Source of the DNA: Alphaproteobacteria bacterium
GTDB taxonomy: Bacteria > Pseudomonadota > Alphaproteobacteria > GCA-2731375
Reading direction: 5' to 3'
Assembly (NCBI GenBank): GCA_965225945.1
Contig: CBDDBZ010000027.1
Coordinates: 97,705 to 161,704 of the forward strand
Length of the DNA: 64,000 nt
Shown here piece after piece: positions 8,061-18,413 of the stretch; position 1 is the stretch's first letter, and every line of letters starts with the position of its first letter. The notes under the pieces are model-generated. The model ran no database searches. It was not told the origin of the DNA and saw only the letters and a program-made list of their open reading frames with translations. The translations under genes and the position numbers were made by a program.

Positions 8061-9668
8061 ATGGCCGAGGCGTACGACTACATCATCGTCGGCGCCGGCG
8101 CCGCCGGCTGCGTCCTCGCCGACCGCCTCACGGGCGACCCCAAGAACCGCGTGCTGGTACTGGAAGCCGGCGGGAACGACGGCAACCTCTGGATCCGCGT
8201 GCCCGCCGGCGTAACCCGGACGCTGAGCAATCCCGCCGTCAACTGGTGCTATGAAACGGCGAACGAGGCGCAACTGAACGGCCGCCGCCTGTTCTATCCG
8301 CAGGGCAAGACCCTCGGCGGTTCCTCCTCCATCAATGGCCACCTCTATGTCCGGGGCCAGCCCGGCGACTACGACCATTGGGCGCGGCTCGGCAATCGGG
8401 GCTGGAGCTACCAGGACGTGCTGCCCCATTTCATGCGGGCGGAGACACGGGCAGGTGGCGATCCGGCGACTCGCGGCGACGACGGTCCGCTGCAAATCCA
8501 GGATCAGCGCGACACCCATCCGCTGGTCCACGCCTTCGTCGAGGCCGCGGTGGCGAGCGGCCTGCCGCGCAACCCGGATTACAATTCCGGCAGCCAGGAA
8601 GGCGCCGGCTTCTATCAGCAGATGATACGCGAGGGCCGGCGCTGGAGCGCGGCCGACGCCTATCTGAAGCCGGCGTTGCGGCGGCCCAATCTGCGCCTCG
8701 TCACCCGCGCGCTCGCCGAACGGGTGGTGTTGAACGGCAGCCGAGCCGTCGGCGTCGTCTATTGCCGCCACGGCCGGGAAATCGAGGCCCGAGCCGGCCG
8801 CGAGGTGATCCTCTGCGGCGGCGCGATCAACTCACCGCAGCTTCTCCAGCTCTCCGGCATCGGGCCGGGCGACGTGCTGCGCGCCGCCGGGGTCGAGGTG
8901 GCGCATGAGCTCGCCGGCGTCGGCCACAATCTCCGCGACCACTACATCGCCCGGGTGCAGGCACGGGTCCAGGGGATCGCCACGGTCAACGAGCTAGCGC
9001 GCGGCCCGGCGCTGCTGGGCCAGATCCTGCGCTACGCCGTCGCGCGTCGCGGGATCCTGTGGATGAGCCCTGGTCAGGGCCATGCCTTCGCGCGCTCGCG
9101 CGCCGAGCTCGACCGTCCCGACCTGCAGCTCATCTTCGCGCCTGCCTCCCATGGCGATCCGCGTCTCGGCGCGGCCAAGTTGGAGCGCGAGCCCGGCATG
9201 ACCTGCGGCGCGCTGCAACTGCGCCCGGAGAGCCAGGGCGTCTGCGAGATCCTCTCCGCCGATCCGACGCAGCCGCCGGTCATTCGTCCCAACTATCTGG
9301 CGGAGGAAGGCGATCGGCGGGTTCTGGTGGCGGGCCTCGCAATTGCGCGCCGGATCACCCGAACGCCCCCGCTCGCGCACTATGTGGCCAGCGAGGTCTT
9401 GCCGGGCGACGAGGTCGAATGCGACGACGCGTGGCTCGACTTCGCCCGCGCCACCGGCGCTAGCCTCCATCATCCGATCGGGACCTGCCGAATGGGCCCC
9501 GATCCGCTCGCCGTCGTCGACGCGCGCTTGCGCGTGCACGGCCTGGCGGGTCTTCGCGTGATAGACGCCTCGGTCATGCCCACCATGCCCTCCGGCAACA
9601 CCTACGCCCCCACCAACATGATCGCGGAGAAGGGCGCCTCGATGCTGTTGGACGACCGCGCGATCTGA
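8061..9668 (+). CDS. GMC family oxidoreductase (choline dehydrogenase-like)
   Basis: YDYIIVGAGAAG, GKTLGGSSSING, GAINSPQLLQLSGIG, HPIGTCRMG; start taken as the ATG at 8061. Confidence 0.93.
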   Translation: MAEAYDYIIVGAGAAGCVLADRLTGDPKNRVLVLEAGGNDGNLWIRVPAGVTRTLSNPAVNWCYETANEAQLNGRRLFYPQGKTLGGSSSINGHLYVRGQPGDYDHWARLGNRGWSYQDVLPHFMRAETRAGGDPATRGDDGPLQIQDQRDTHPLVHAFVEAAVASGLPRNPDYNSGSQEGAGFYQQMIREGRRWSAADAYLKPALRRPNLRLVTRALAERVVLNGSRAVGVVYCRHGREIEARAGREVILCGGAINSPQLLQLSGIGPGDVLRAAGVEVAHELAGVGHNLRDHYIARVQARVQGIATVNELARGPALLGQILRYAVARRGILWMSPGQGHAFARSRAELDRPDLQLIFAPASHGDPRLGAAKLEREPGMTCGALQLRPESQGVCEILSADPTQPPVIRPNYLAEEGDRRVLVAGLAIARRITRTPPLAHYVASEVLPGDEVECDDAWLDFARATGASLHHPIGTCRMGPDPLAVVDARLRVHGLAGLRVIDASVMPTMPSGNTYAPTNMIAEKGASMLLDDRAI

Positions 9669-9864
9669 CCCGATGCTCCGGCCATGGCGTTGATCGGTAA
9701 AATTTCGTTCCCACGCGAATTGGAAGCCGTCGCCCTGGTTTCGAGGCGCGCGGACGACATGCCCACGACAGCCGCGCTATGGCGTCGCGGGTGAACGCGA
9801 GCTATACAGGCAAGGCGCTGCTCGCGACGGAGTTTCGAGATGAGCATGGTCACGTCCCCGGAAG

Positions 9865-9951
9865 TTGGTGCGAAACCTGGAGGCCAAGGACGCGGCGGAA
9901 GGCATCGCGGCCTTCCTCGAAAAACGGGCGCGCGAATGGCACGCCTCCTAG
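9865..9951 (+). pseudogene. 3' remnant of an enoyl-CoA hydratase
   Basis: Translates LVRNLEAKDAAEGIAAFLEKRAREWHAS*, the crotonase C-terminal DxxEGxxAFxEKR motif, with no intact upstream gene. Confidence 0.7.
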
Positions 9952-9970
9952 CGAAACGAGGGAAGCCGAG

Positions 9971-10486
9971 ATGAGCGCGAGCGAGGCCACCGACGTGGCG
10001 GAACCGAAACGACTGGAGTATCCCGAAGCGCTGATCCGCGAGGTTCTCCGCCAGACCAAGACCATCGCCATGGTGGGGGCGTCGGCGAATTGGATCCGGC
10101 CCAGCTTCTACGCCATGAAATACCTGCAGAAGAAGGGCTATCGGATCATCCCCGTGAACCCGCGCGAGGCCGGCAACGAGATCCTGGGAGAACTCGCTTA
10201 TGCCAGCCTGGCCGAGATCCCGGTCAAGGTGGACATGGTGCAGTGTTTTCGCGGCTCCGAGGCGGTCCCGGGGATCGTCGAGGATGCCAAGGCGATTTCG
10301 CCCAAGGTGCTCTGGATGCAGCTCGGCGTGCGCCACGACGGCGCCGCTGGAATCGCGGAAGCCGCCGGCATGACGGTGATCATGGATCGCTGCCCGAAGA
10401 TCGAGTACGGCCGTCTCGGCGGCGATATCGGCTGGCTCGGCGTCAACACCGGTGTCGTCAGCAGCCGGCGCTTCAGGCGCATTTAG
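9971..10486 (+). CDS. CoA-binding protein (YccU-like)
   Basis: KTIAMVGAS, GYRIIPVNP, VLWMQLG, MDRCPKIEY. Confidence 0.92.
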   Translation: MSASEATDVAEPKRLEYPEALIREVLRQTKTIAMVGASANWIRPSFYAMKYLQKKGYRIIPVNPREAGNEILGELAYASLAEIPVKVDMVQCFRGSEAVPGIVEDAKAISPKVLWMQLGVRHDGAAGIAEAAGMTVIMDRCPKIEYGRLGGDIGWLGVNTGVVSSRRFRRI

Positions 10487-10489
10487 CCC

Positions 10490-11767
10490 ATGAGCGAACA
10501 CGGTTTCGAAACCCTGGCAATTCACGCCGGCGCCGCGCCGGAGCCGACCACCGGCGCGCGGGTCACGCCGATCTATCAAACCGCCTCCTACGTCTTCGAG
10601 GACGTCGACGAGGCCGCCGCGCTGTTCAATTTGCAAACCTTCGGCAACATCTATTCGCGCCTCACCAACCCGACCGTATCGGTGCTGGAGGAGCGGGTGG
10701 CGACGCTCGAGGGCGGCACCGCCGGGCTCGCCGTGGCCTCCGGTCACGCGGCGCAGTTGATCGTCTTTCACACGCTGCTGTCGAGCGGCGACGAGTTCCT
10801 GGCCGCCAGCCAATTGTACGGCGGCTCGATCACTCAGTTCTCGACCTCGTTCAAGCGGATGGGATGGACCTGCCATTTCGTCGATGCCGAGGATCCGGAG
10901 AACTTCGCCCGCGCCATGACGCCGAAGGTGAAGGCAATCTTCATCGAGAGCCTGGCCAACCCGGGCGGCGTCGTGGTCGATATCGAGGCGGTCGCCAAGG
11001 TGGCGAAGGCGGCGCACGTCCCGCTCATCGTCGACAACACGCTGGCGACGCCCTATCTCTGCCGGCCGTTCGAATGGGGCGCCGACATCGTGGTGCACTC
11101 GTTGACGAAGTTCCTCGGCGGCCACGGCAACTCCATCGGCGGACTGATCGTCGACGGCGGCAGCTTCGATTGGGCGGGCGAAGGGGGCAAATACCCCGCG
11201 CTGACCGAGCCCTCGCCCGGCTATCACGGCATCCGCTTCCACGAGACCTTCGGCGACTTCGGCTTCGCGATCGCCTGTCGCGCCGTCGGGCTGAGGGATC
11301 TCGGACCCTCGCTCTCGCCGTTCAACGCCTTTCTGATCCTGACGGGTATCGAGACCTTGCCGCTCAGGATGGAGCGGCATTGCGGGAACGCATTGGAGGT
11401 GGCCCGGTTCCTCGCCGCCCATCCCCGCGTCGAGAGGATCTCCTATGCCGGTCTCGAGAGCGATCCGCACTATGAGCTGGCGCAAAAATACATGGCCAAG
11501 GGCGCCGGCGCGGTCTTCACCATCGGCCTCCAGGGCGGTTTCGAGGCCGGTGTGAAATTGGTCGAGAGCGTCGAATTATTTTCCCACCTCGCCAACGTCG
11601 GCGATGCCAAGAGCCTGATCCTGCACCCGGCCTCGACGGTGCATCGACAATTGTCGCCCGAACAACTGGTCGCGGCCGGCGCCGGGCCGGAAGTGGTCCG
11701 ATTGTCGATCGGGATCGAGACGGTCGAGGATCTGATCCGCGACCTCGACCGCGCGCTGGCGACGTGA
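10490..11767 (+). CDS. metY: O-acetylhomoserine aminocarboxypropyltransferase/sulfhydrylase
   Basis: PIYQTASY, GNIYSRLTNPT, HSLTKFLGGHG PLP-lysine motif, SHLANVGDAKSL. Confidence 0.9.
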   Translation: MSEHGFETLAIHAGAAPEPTTGARVTPIYQTASYVFEDVDEAAALFNLQTFGNIYSRLTNPTVSVLEERVATLEGGTAGLAVASGHAAQLIVFHTLLSSGDEFLAASQLYGGSITQFSTSFKRMGWTCHFVDAEDPENFARAMTPKVKAIFIESLANPGGVVVDIEAVAKVAKAAHVPLIVDNTLATPYLCRPFEWGADIVVHSLTKFLGGHGNSIGGLIVDGGSFDWAGEGGKYPALTEPSPGYHGIRFHETFGDFGFAIACRAVGLRDLGPSLSPFNAFLILTGIETLPLRMERHCGNALEVARFLAAHPRVERISYAGLESDPHYELAQKYMAKGAGAVFTIGLQGGFEAGVKLVESVELFSHLANVGDAKSLILHPASTVHRQLSPEQLVAAGAGPEVVRLSIGIETVEDLIRDLDRALAT

Positions 11768-12480
11768 CGCTGTTAAATTAGTTCACATTAATATCATAAT
11801 TACCGCATGTTCCGTGGCATAGCCTTTGTCTGCGATGGTCCGAGGCGATGCAGGCACTGGCGCGGGTGAGGGAGCGTTTTGCGGAATTTTCCATGTAGGT
11901 GAACGAATTTAGTGCTATGGGAACGGAATTCACAAAAAGTGAACGTTACATCTCATGGAAAGAAATAGTGAACGATTTTCACGCTCAGTGAGCGTTCTTC
12001 GGCAACATCGCTTGCCGGAACCGGCGACGCTCGCCGGATATGCGAGGCCGCAGGCGTAATTCCATTACCAGTGTGTCGCCCGGACGATCCCATTTCCGCC
12101 AACCCATATTGCGCGCATCTCTGGGGTGAGAAAATCGATCATTTATTAATAGTACTGCAAATACGGTATATTGGATATAAAATAGAAAAATCGAAGAATT
12201 TGCAGAACGAAATCCCACCGGCCGCACGCGGCTCAAGAAAGCCAATTCATTTCAATGCTTTGATCGATGTCTTCATATTCTGAATTTGAGATATACTGCC
12301 GGCGACTCGTCATTTTCGCCCGCGAAGGGCCCGGATCGGGCGTCACCTTGTCATGTCGCGGGGCTCGAATGCCGCGCCGGTTCGCCGAAATCCGGGATCA
12401 AACGGCCATGGCCGAGACGGCTTGATCCCAGCCGCTCGTGGCAAGAGTTCGGCCGGCGCCGACCTCCGTCGCGGCGAAGC

Positions 12481-14928
12481 TCACTCGGCGGCGGCGGTCT
12501 CCTGGGCGCGCGCCATGCGTTCGTAGCGGGCGACGCGCCCGCGAACGAGCGGCGTGTTCACGACCTCCGAGAGCGGCGGCGCGGCGAAGGAGGCTCTCGT
12601 CCGCGTCGCCGGCGGACGGCCATACTCGGTCGTGCGCTGCACCGCCACGCGCCCCAACTCACCGATCAGGCGCTCCATCCGCTCGGGCGGCATTTCCTGG
12701 CCGAACGTGGCGCCGGCCGCCCGCGTTATGCTCTCGTTCATCAGCGTGCCACCGAGATCGTTGGCGCCGGCGTCGAGGCAGGCGGCCACGCCGATCGGTC
12801 CCATCTTCACCCAGGAGGTCTGGATGTTGGTGATATGGGGGTGCAGCGCCAGGCGGGCGACGGCGTGCATCAACACCGCCTCGCGGAACGTCGGCCCCTT
12901 GCGCGCGCGACCCTTCAGGTAGATCGGCGCCTCCATGTGAACGAAGGGCAGCGGCACGAACTCGGTGAAGCCGCCGGTCTCCCTTTGCAAGGCACGCAGG
13001 CGCAAAAGATGGCGCGCCCAATGCACCGGCCGCTCGACATGGCCGTACATGATCGTCGCCGTGGTGCGATAGCCGAGGCCATGCGCCAGGCGCATTACCT
13101 CCAACCACTGATCCGTCGTGACCTTGTCCGGACAGATGATCGCACGAACCTCGTCGTCCAGGATCTCCGCCGCCGTGCCGGGAAGCGTGCCCAACCCCGC
13201 CGCCTTCAGGCGCGCGAGAAAGGCCTCGATGCCCAGACCGAGGGTCTCGGCGCCCTGCCGGACCTCGAGCGGGGTGAAGGCATGCACGTGCATGTCGGGC
13301 GTCACCGCCTTCACCGCCGCCACGACCTCGAGATAGGTCTCGCCGGTATAGTCGGGGTGGATGCCGCCCTGCATGCAGACTTCGCTCGCCCCACGCTCCC
13401 AGGCCTCGCGGGCGCGGCGTTGGATCTCTTCCAACGACAGGTCGTAGGGCCGGCCGCGCAAATTCTCGGAGAGCTTGCCCTTGGAGAAGGCGCAGAACTG
13501 GCAGCGGAAATAGCAAACGTTGGTGTAGTTGATGTTGCGATTGACGACGTAGGTGACGACGTCGCCGTTTACCTCGCGGCGCAGCGCGTCGGCGGCCCGG
13601 GTCACCTCGCCAACCTCGGCGCCGCGTGCCTGAAAGAGCCGCGTGACCTCCCGCTCGCTCAAATCCTCGCCGTCGCGCGCGCGCTGCAGCAGGCCCGCGA
13701 GATGGTCGTTCGGGCGCGCCAGGGCCGGAGCCTCGAGCGGCTCGGGCTCGGATTCGGCGCCCGGCGACCAGTCGTCGGCACGGGCCAGCCCGTCGGAATC
13801 CGCCAGGGCGAGAACGCGGCCGCGCAGATCGGGCGCGAGCCAGCGTTCGGCCTCGTCGAGATAGTCCGGATAGATCGCCAATCGGGGCGCCAAGACCTTG
13901 TCGGCGGCGGCCGTCTCGCGCTCCAGCGCGGCGAGATGCGGCCAGGGCGCCTCGGGATTGACGTGATCCGGCGTCACCGGCGAGACGCCGCCCCAGTCGT
14001 TGATGCCGGCATCCAACAGCCGGTCGAGGCCGCCGGGGCTGAGATTGGGCGGCGCCTGGAGGCTCATCCGGGGCCCGAGGATCAGGCGCGCGACGGCGAT
14101 GGTCCAGGCGAGATCCTCCAACGTCGGCTCCGCCGCCCCAGCCATGCGGGTGCCTGCCTTGGCGCGAAAATTCTGGATGATGATTTCTTGAATGTGCCCG
14201 TGCCGGCGATGCGCGGCACGCAGTGCCAGCAGGGCCTCGATCCGCTCCCGCCGGGTTTCGCCGATGCCGATCAGGATGCCGCTGGTGAAGGGCACGCCGG
14301 CGATGCCGGCCGCCTCGATCACGGCGAGACGGACCTCGGGGTCCTTGTCGGGGGAGCCGTGGTGCGCCAGGCCCTTGGCCATCAGGCGCGCCGAGGCGCT
14401 TTCCAGCATCATCCCCTGGCTGACCGAAACCGCCTTCAAGCGCCGCGCCGCCGCCTCGTCGACGATGCCGGGGTTGAGGTGCGGCAGCAGCGAGGTCTCC
14501 TCCAGCACCAGCCGGGCCGCTTCCGCCAGATAGTCGAGCGTCGTCTCGTGGCCGAGCGCCGCCAGCTCCTCCCGCGCGACGCGGTAGCGGAGCTCGGGCT
14601 TGTCGCCGAGGGTGAACAGCGCCTCATGGCACCCCGCGGCCTCGCCGGCCCGGGCGATCGCCAGGATCTCGTCGTGCGTCAGATACGCGCGCTGGCCGGG
14701 CTTCGGTGGATGGGCGAAGGTGCAGTAGTGACAGACGTCGCGGCAAAGCTGGGTCAGGGGAATGAAGACCTTGCGGGAATAGGTGACGACGCGGCCGAAG
14801 CCCAGGTCGCGCCAATCGCGGGCGACACGGAAGAGCGTGTCGGTATCCCTCGCCTCGGCGAGCGCCAGGGCCGCATCGCCTGAGAGAGGCTCGCGTGCCC
14901 GCCCGACCAGGTCGCGCAAATCACCCAT
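12481..14928 (-). CDS. fbiC: FO synthase, fused CofG-CofH (two radical SAM domains)
   Basis: Two CxxxCxxC motifs (CRDVCHYC, CYFRCQFC); GINDWGGVSPVTPDHVNPE; GANDLGGTLMNESITRAAG. Confidence 0.95.
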   Translation of the reverse strand: MGDLRDLVGRAREPLSGDAALALAEARDTDTLFRVARDWRDLGFGRVVTYSRKVFIPLTQLCRDVCHYCTFAHPPKPGQRAYLTHDEILAIARAGEAAGCHEALFTLGDKPELRYRVAREELAALGHETTLDYLAEAARLVLEETSLLPHLNPGIVDEAAARRLKAVSVSQGMMLESASARLMAKGLAHHGSPDKDPEVRLAVIEAAGIAGVPFTSGILIGIGETRRERIEALLALRAAHRRHGHIQEIIIQNFRAKAGTRMAGAAEPTLEDLAWTIAVARLILGPRMSLQAPPNLSPGGLDRLLDAGINDWGGVSPVTPDHVNPEAPWPHLAALERETAAADKVLAPRLAIYPDYLDEAERWLAPDLRGRVLALADSDGLARADDWSPGAESEPEPLEAPALARPNDHLAGLLQRARDGEDLSEREVTRLFQARGAEVGEVTRAADALRREVNGDVVTYVVNRNINYTNVCYFRCQFCAFSKGKLSENLRGRPYDLSLEEIQRRAREAWERGASEVCMQGGIHPDYTGETYLEVVAAVKAVTPDMHVHAFTPLEVRQGAETLGLGIEAFLARLKAAGLGTLPGTAAEILDDEVRAIICPDKVTTDQWLEVMRLAHGLGYRTTATIMYGHVERPVHWARHLLRLRALQRETGGFTEFVPLPFVHMEAPIYLKGRARKGPTFREAVLMHAVARLALHPHITNIQTSWVKMGPIGVAACLDAGANDLGGTLMNESITRAAGATFGQEMPPERMERLIGELGRVAVQRTTEYGRPPATRTRASFAAPPLSEVVNTPLVRGRVARYERMARAQETAAAE

Positions 14929-14930
14929 GG

Positions 14931-15623
14931 TCAGTCGCCGCCCGCCGCTGCCGTCTCGCGCGGCGCAGCCGCGCTCGCGAGCAGCCGTTCGACGATGCCG
15001 CTCTCGGCGAGATAGCGCTGAGTCCGGGTCGCGCCCGCTCGCCGGGCCAGCTCGATCAGATCCTCGGGCGTGTCGATATCGAGGCCGATGCCGGGAAGAC
15101 GCAGCACCCGGGGATCGAGCCCACGCGCGCGCGCCGAGGCGAGATGGGGCCGGAAGCTATTCTCGCCGAAGCGAAGCGCCATCACCTCGGGCGGCGAGCA
15201 GAGCACGCAGTTGGAGCCCAATTCGTCACGGCTGGGGACGATGGTGAAGGCGGGCGCCGGGCCGTGCGCCGCCAACACGGTCTCGATCTCCCCCGCGCTC
15301 AGGAGGGGCAGGTCGCCCGGCACCTGCAACAGGCCCTCGGCCCCTTCCGCCGCCAATACGCTGGCCGCCCGCGCGACGGCGGCGCTGTGGCCGCGATTTT
15401 CCGGCTCGCCTATCACCCGGATCTCGAAGTGTCGCGCCAACGCCTCCGCCTCCCCGTCGCGGGTAACCAGCACGACGCCGGCGAGCCCGCGCGCGGCCCG
15501 AAGCGCGCTCAAGACGTCACGCAGCATCGCGCGATAGAGCTCGCGCCGCTCGTCCAGCGCCAGAGCGCGCGCGAGACGCTGTTTCACGCCGCCCATGTCC
15601 TTAACGGGGACAACCGCCCACAT
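14931..15623 (-). CDS. cofC: PEP/2-phospho-L-lactate guanylyltransferase
   Basis: WAVVPVK...KQRL, GDLPLL, FGENSF..H, DIDTPEDL; GGAGG RBS before the ATG at 15623. Confidence 0.92.
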   Translation of the reverse strand: MWAVVPVKDMGGVKQRLARALALDERRELYRAMLRDVLSALRAARGLAGVVLVTRDGEAEALARHFEIRVIGEPENRGHSAAVARAASVLAAEGAEGLLQVPGDLPLLSAGEIETVLAAHGPAPAFTIVPSRDELGSNCVLCSPPEVMALRFGENSFRPHLASARARGLDPRVLRLPGIGLDIDTPEDLIELARRAGATRTQRYLAESGIVERLLASAAAPRETAAAGGD

Positions 15624-15696
15624 GCCGCCTCCCCCGACCATCGGGCCACCGAAACCACCCGTGGAACCTAGAAACGAACGGGTACCGGGTCAAACC

Positions 15697-16662
15697 TTAA
15701 TCCACACCATCGCGCGCCCGAGAGGCGAGCCAGAGCACGACCTCGGCGAGAGCTACCTTGTCGGCCTCGCTCGCCATGACGGTTTCGGCCACCGCCACCC
15801 TCAGGCCACGGGCGCGAAGCCGGTCCCGGGCGCCCTGGTCCGCCCGGTCGATCACCAGCCCGTCCAGCAGGTCGCCATAGTGATCGGCGATGCCCTCGAC
15901 CGAGACGGGCCGCGACAATTCCCGCATCATCTTGGCGGTCGGACCCTTGATCGCCTTGCCACCGACGATCGGCGAGACCGCGATCACCGGCGCCGGCGCC
16001 GCTATCAAGCGGGCCCGCATTCCGGGGATCGCCAGGATCGGATCGATGCTGATGTAGGGGTTCGAAGGGCAGACGACGATGGCTATGAGGCCATCGCTCT
16101 CCAAGGCCTCCACCACCGCGTCCACCGGCCGCGCCGTATCCGCGCCCTCGAAGCTGAAGCCGACGACCGTGGGCGCCGATCGCTCGGCGACGAAATAGCG
16201 CTGAAACGCCATCGGTCCCCCCGCTGTTTCGACGATGGTGCGAAGGGAATCGTCCGTGGCGGGCGTCACGTGCGCCGCGATCCCGAGGCGGCGAGCAACG
16301 TCATGGGCAATTCTGCTCAGAGGCTCCCCGGCCGCCAGGCGCCGGGTCCGCTCCACGTGCAGCGCCAAGTCCTTGTCCCCCAGTTGGAACCAGGTCTCAC
16401 CGCCGAGCTCCGCCAAGGCGGCCATGAAACTCCATGTCTCGCCGGCCCTTCCCCAGCCCTTCTCGGGATCGGCCAGGCCGGCGAGCGTGTAGGTCAACGT
16501 GTCGAGGTCCGGACAGATGGTGAGGCCCAGATGCTCGAAATCGTCGCCCGGATTGGCGACGATCATCAGCCCCTCGGGCGCCATCGCACCGGCGAGCCCG
16601 AGCGCGAGCTTGGCGCCGCCGATCCCGCCGGAGAGGGCCAGAACCCGGACGCCATTGCTCAT
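15697..16662 (-). CDS. cofD: 2-phospho-L-lactate transferase
   Basis: LSGGIGGAKL, GDDFEHLGLTICPDLDT, WFQLGDKD, PSNPYISIDPI, KGPTAKMM; start overlaps the cofE stop. Confidence 0.95.
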   Translation of the reverse strand: MSNGVRVLALSGGIGGAKLALGLAGAMAPEGLMIVANPGDDFEHLGLTICPDLDTLTYTLAGLADPEKGWGRAGETWSFMAALAELGGETWFQLGDKDLALHVERTRRLAAGEPLSRIAHDVARRLGIAAHVTPATDDSLRTIVETAGGPMAFQRYFVAERSAPTVVGFSFEGADTARPVDAVVEALESDGLIAIVVCPSNPYISIDPILAIPGMRARLIAAPAPVIAVSPIVGGKAIKGPTAKMMRELSRPVSVEGIADHYGDLLDGLVIDRADQGARDRLRARGLRVAVAETVMASEADKVALAEVVLWLASRARDGVD

Positions 16663-17423
16663 CGGAACATGTCGTGCTCGAGCGGCCGGATCAGATCGCC
16701 CGCCCGGCCCTCGGGCGCGGGCGAGACGAGGCCGCGAACCAACACCACGGGCCGGCCCTGCGCGGCCTGCCCTTGCAGCAGCGAGGCGGCGGAGGCGACC
16801 TCGTCGGCGAGCCCGCTCTGAGTCACCAGCAGGGGCCGATCGAACAGATCGGGCGTGCCGCGCTCGTCGACCACGGCCGGCAAGCCGGCGACACCGATCG
16901 CGACACCGACGATGCCGACGCGCCAAGCCCGCCCGACGCTGTCGGAGATCACGACCCCGACCTTGGCGCCGGTGCGCGCGCCCAATTCGTCGCGAAGCCG
17001 CGCGGCGCTGGCGTCGGGATCGAGGGGCAAGAGCAACACCAGCTCCTTGCCGCCGTCGGCGGCGATATTGGAGGCATCGATCCCGGCGTTCGCCAGCACC
17101 ATGCCGAGGCGATGGCGGACGATGATCAGGCCCGGGCGGTGACGCAGGACATCGCTCGATTCCGAGAGGATCAGCTCCACCAGGCGCGGATCCTTCTCAG
17201 CCGCTTTCGCCAGCTCGATGGCGCGGGCGGTGGGTGTCACCTGGTCCAGGCGCGCGAGCCTCCCCTCCGCCTTGGAGACGATCTTCTGCGCCACCACCAC
17301 GATGTCGCCGTCCGCCAACGCGAGGCCGGCGCTTGACGTCGCCGCGACGATCAGCGCCGCCAGATCGTCGCCCGCCTCGACCAACGGGATGCCGTCGAGG
17401 GGCAACAGCTCGATCCGGTCCAT
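16659..17423 (-). CDS. cofE: Coenzyme F420-0:L-glutamate ligase
   Basis: GIPLVEAGDDLA, AQKIVSKAEGR, ANAGIDASN, DSVGRAWR; no C-terminal nitroreductase domain. Confidence 0.95.
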   Translation of the reverse strand: MDRIELLPLDGIPLVEAGDDLAALIVAATSSAGLALADGDIVVVAQKIVSKAEGRLARLDQVTPTARAIELAKAAEKDPRLVELILSESSDVLRHRPGLIIVRHRLGMVLANAGIDASNIAADGGKELVLLLPLDPDASAARLRDELGARTGAKVGVVISDSVGRAWRVGIVGVAIGVAGLPAVVDERGTPDLFDRPLLVTQSGLADEVASAASLLQGQAAQGRPVVLVRGLVSPAPEGRAGDLIRPLEHDMFR

Positions 17424-17441
17424 CGCCACGCCTCCCACGCC

Positions 17442-18134
17442 TCAGCCCTTGCCCGCGTCCGGATCCTTGCTCGGCGTGCCGGTGATGCGGATGCCGGCGC
17501 CCTCGATGCCATAGCGGGAATTGAGGAAGATCAGGATCGAGGTGAACGCCTCGGCCACGGCGGCGTTGTCCAAGGACCCGACATGCCAGCCTCTGAGCCC
17601 CGCGGCCTCCACCAGGCCCAGCACGGTTCGGCGCGCGTCCGCGTCGTCGCTGGCCACCAGGACGTCGCAGTCGATCTCGTGATCGGGGTCGGCGAGATGA
17701 TCGGCGGCGATGCTCTGGAAGGCGGAAACCACGCGGACGTTCTCGCCCAGCAGGTTCTGCGCCGCGCGAGCGGCGGAGCCCTCGGGCGGCAGTTGCACCC
17801 GCATCACCCGGGGCGGCACCAGTGGCACCGTCACGTCGATCAGGATCTTGCCCTGCACCGCGTCGCGGACCGATCGAAGCGTCGGTTGCTGATGCGCGAA
17901 GGGCACCGTCAGCGCCACGATGTCGGCGGCGGCGGCGGCGGCCGGATTCTCCAGGCCCCGGAGACGGGCCGCCGGCGCCCGGTCGGAGAACCGCCGAACC
18001 GCATCGGCCGCCTTCTCCGCCGTGCGGGAGCCGATGATCACGTCGTGGCCGGCGCGGGCCCAGCGAATGGCCAGGCCCTCGCCCAGGTTGCCGGTGCCGC
18101 CGAGGACGGCCAGGATGGGCTTCGTCTCGCTCAT
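17442..18134 (-). CDS. npdG: NADPH-dependent F420 reductase (Fno/NpdG)
   Basis: LGGTGNLGEGLA, IGSR, VPLVPP, GSAA, VVSAFQ, GAGIRITG; located in the cof operon. Confidence 0.92.
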   Translation of the reverse strand: MSETKPILAVLGGTGNLGEGLAIRWARAGHDVIIGSRTAEKAADAVRRFSDRAPAARLRGLENPAAAAAADIVALTVPFAHQQPTLRSVRDAVQGKILIDVTVPLVPPRVMRVQLPPEGSAARAAQNLLGENVRVVSAFQSIAADHLADPDHEIDCDVLVASDDADARRTVLGLVEAAGLRGWHVGSLDNAAVAEAFTSILIFLNSRYGIEGAGIRITGTPSKDPDAGKG

Positions 18135-18161
18135 GCTCGCTCGGCTCCTCGTGCTCGGGCT

Positions 18162-18413
18162 TCAGGCCGCGTGGGCCCGGAAGGGCGTCGAAATCGGCTT
18201 CAGGGCCCGCACCAATTCGCGCTGCACGCCGATATCGGTGCCGGCGGCGAGCTCCACCCGCTCCGTCGCCAGCGCCGCGATGGGGAGCGGCAGGAACGGG
18301 TCGTAGGCCAGCTCGTTGGTGACCACGCCGTCGTAACCCGCCGCCTCGGCGCGCTGGGCGGCCGGCCCCACGACGCGCCAGTCGCGCATCGGAAGGGTGG
18401 TGACCAGGCGCAT
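18162..18413 (-). pseudogene. Internally deleted LLM-class F420-dependent oxidoreductase
   Basis: N-terminus AEAAGYDG...YDPFLPL..AALATERVEL joined directly to a C-terminal tail; 83 aa versus roughly 340 expected. Confidence 0.75.

Noticed and set aside
6576-9668. 1030-aa apparent fusion protein
   Set aside because: The N-terminal half is an off-frame overlap of the acyl-CoA synthetase; the GMC gene starts at 8061.
11899-11982. Alphaproteobacterial LexA boxes
   Set aside because: The GAAC units are not spaced as GAAC-N7-GAAC.
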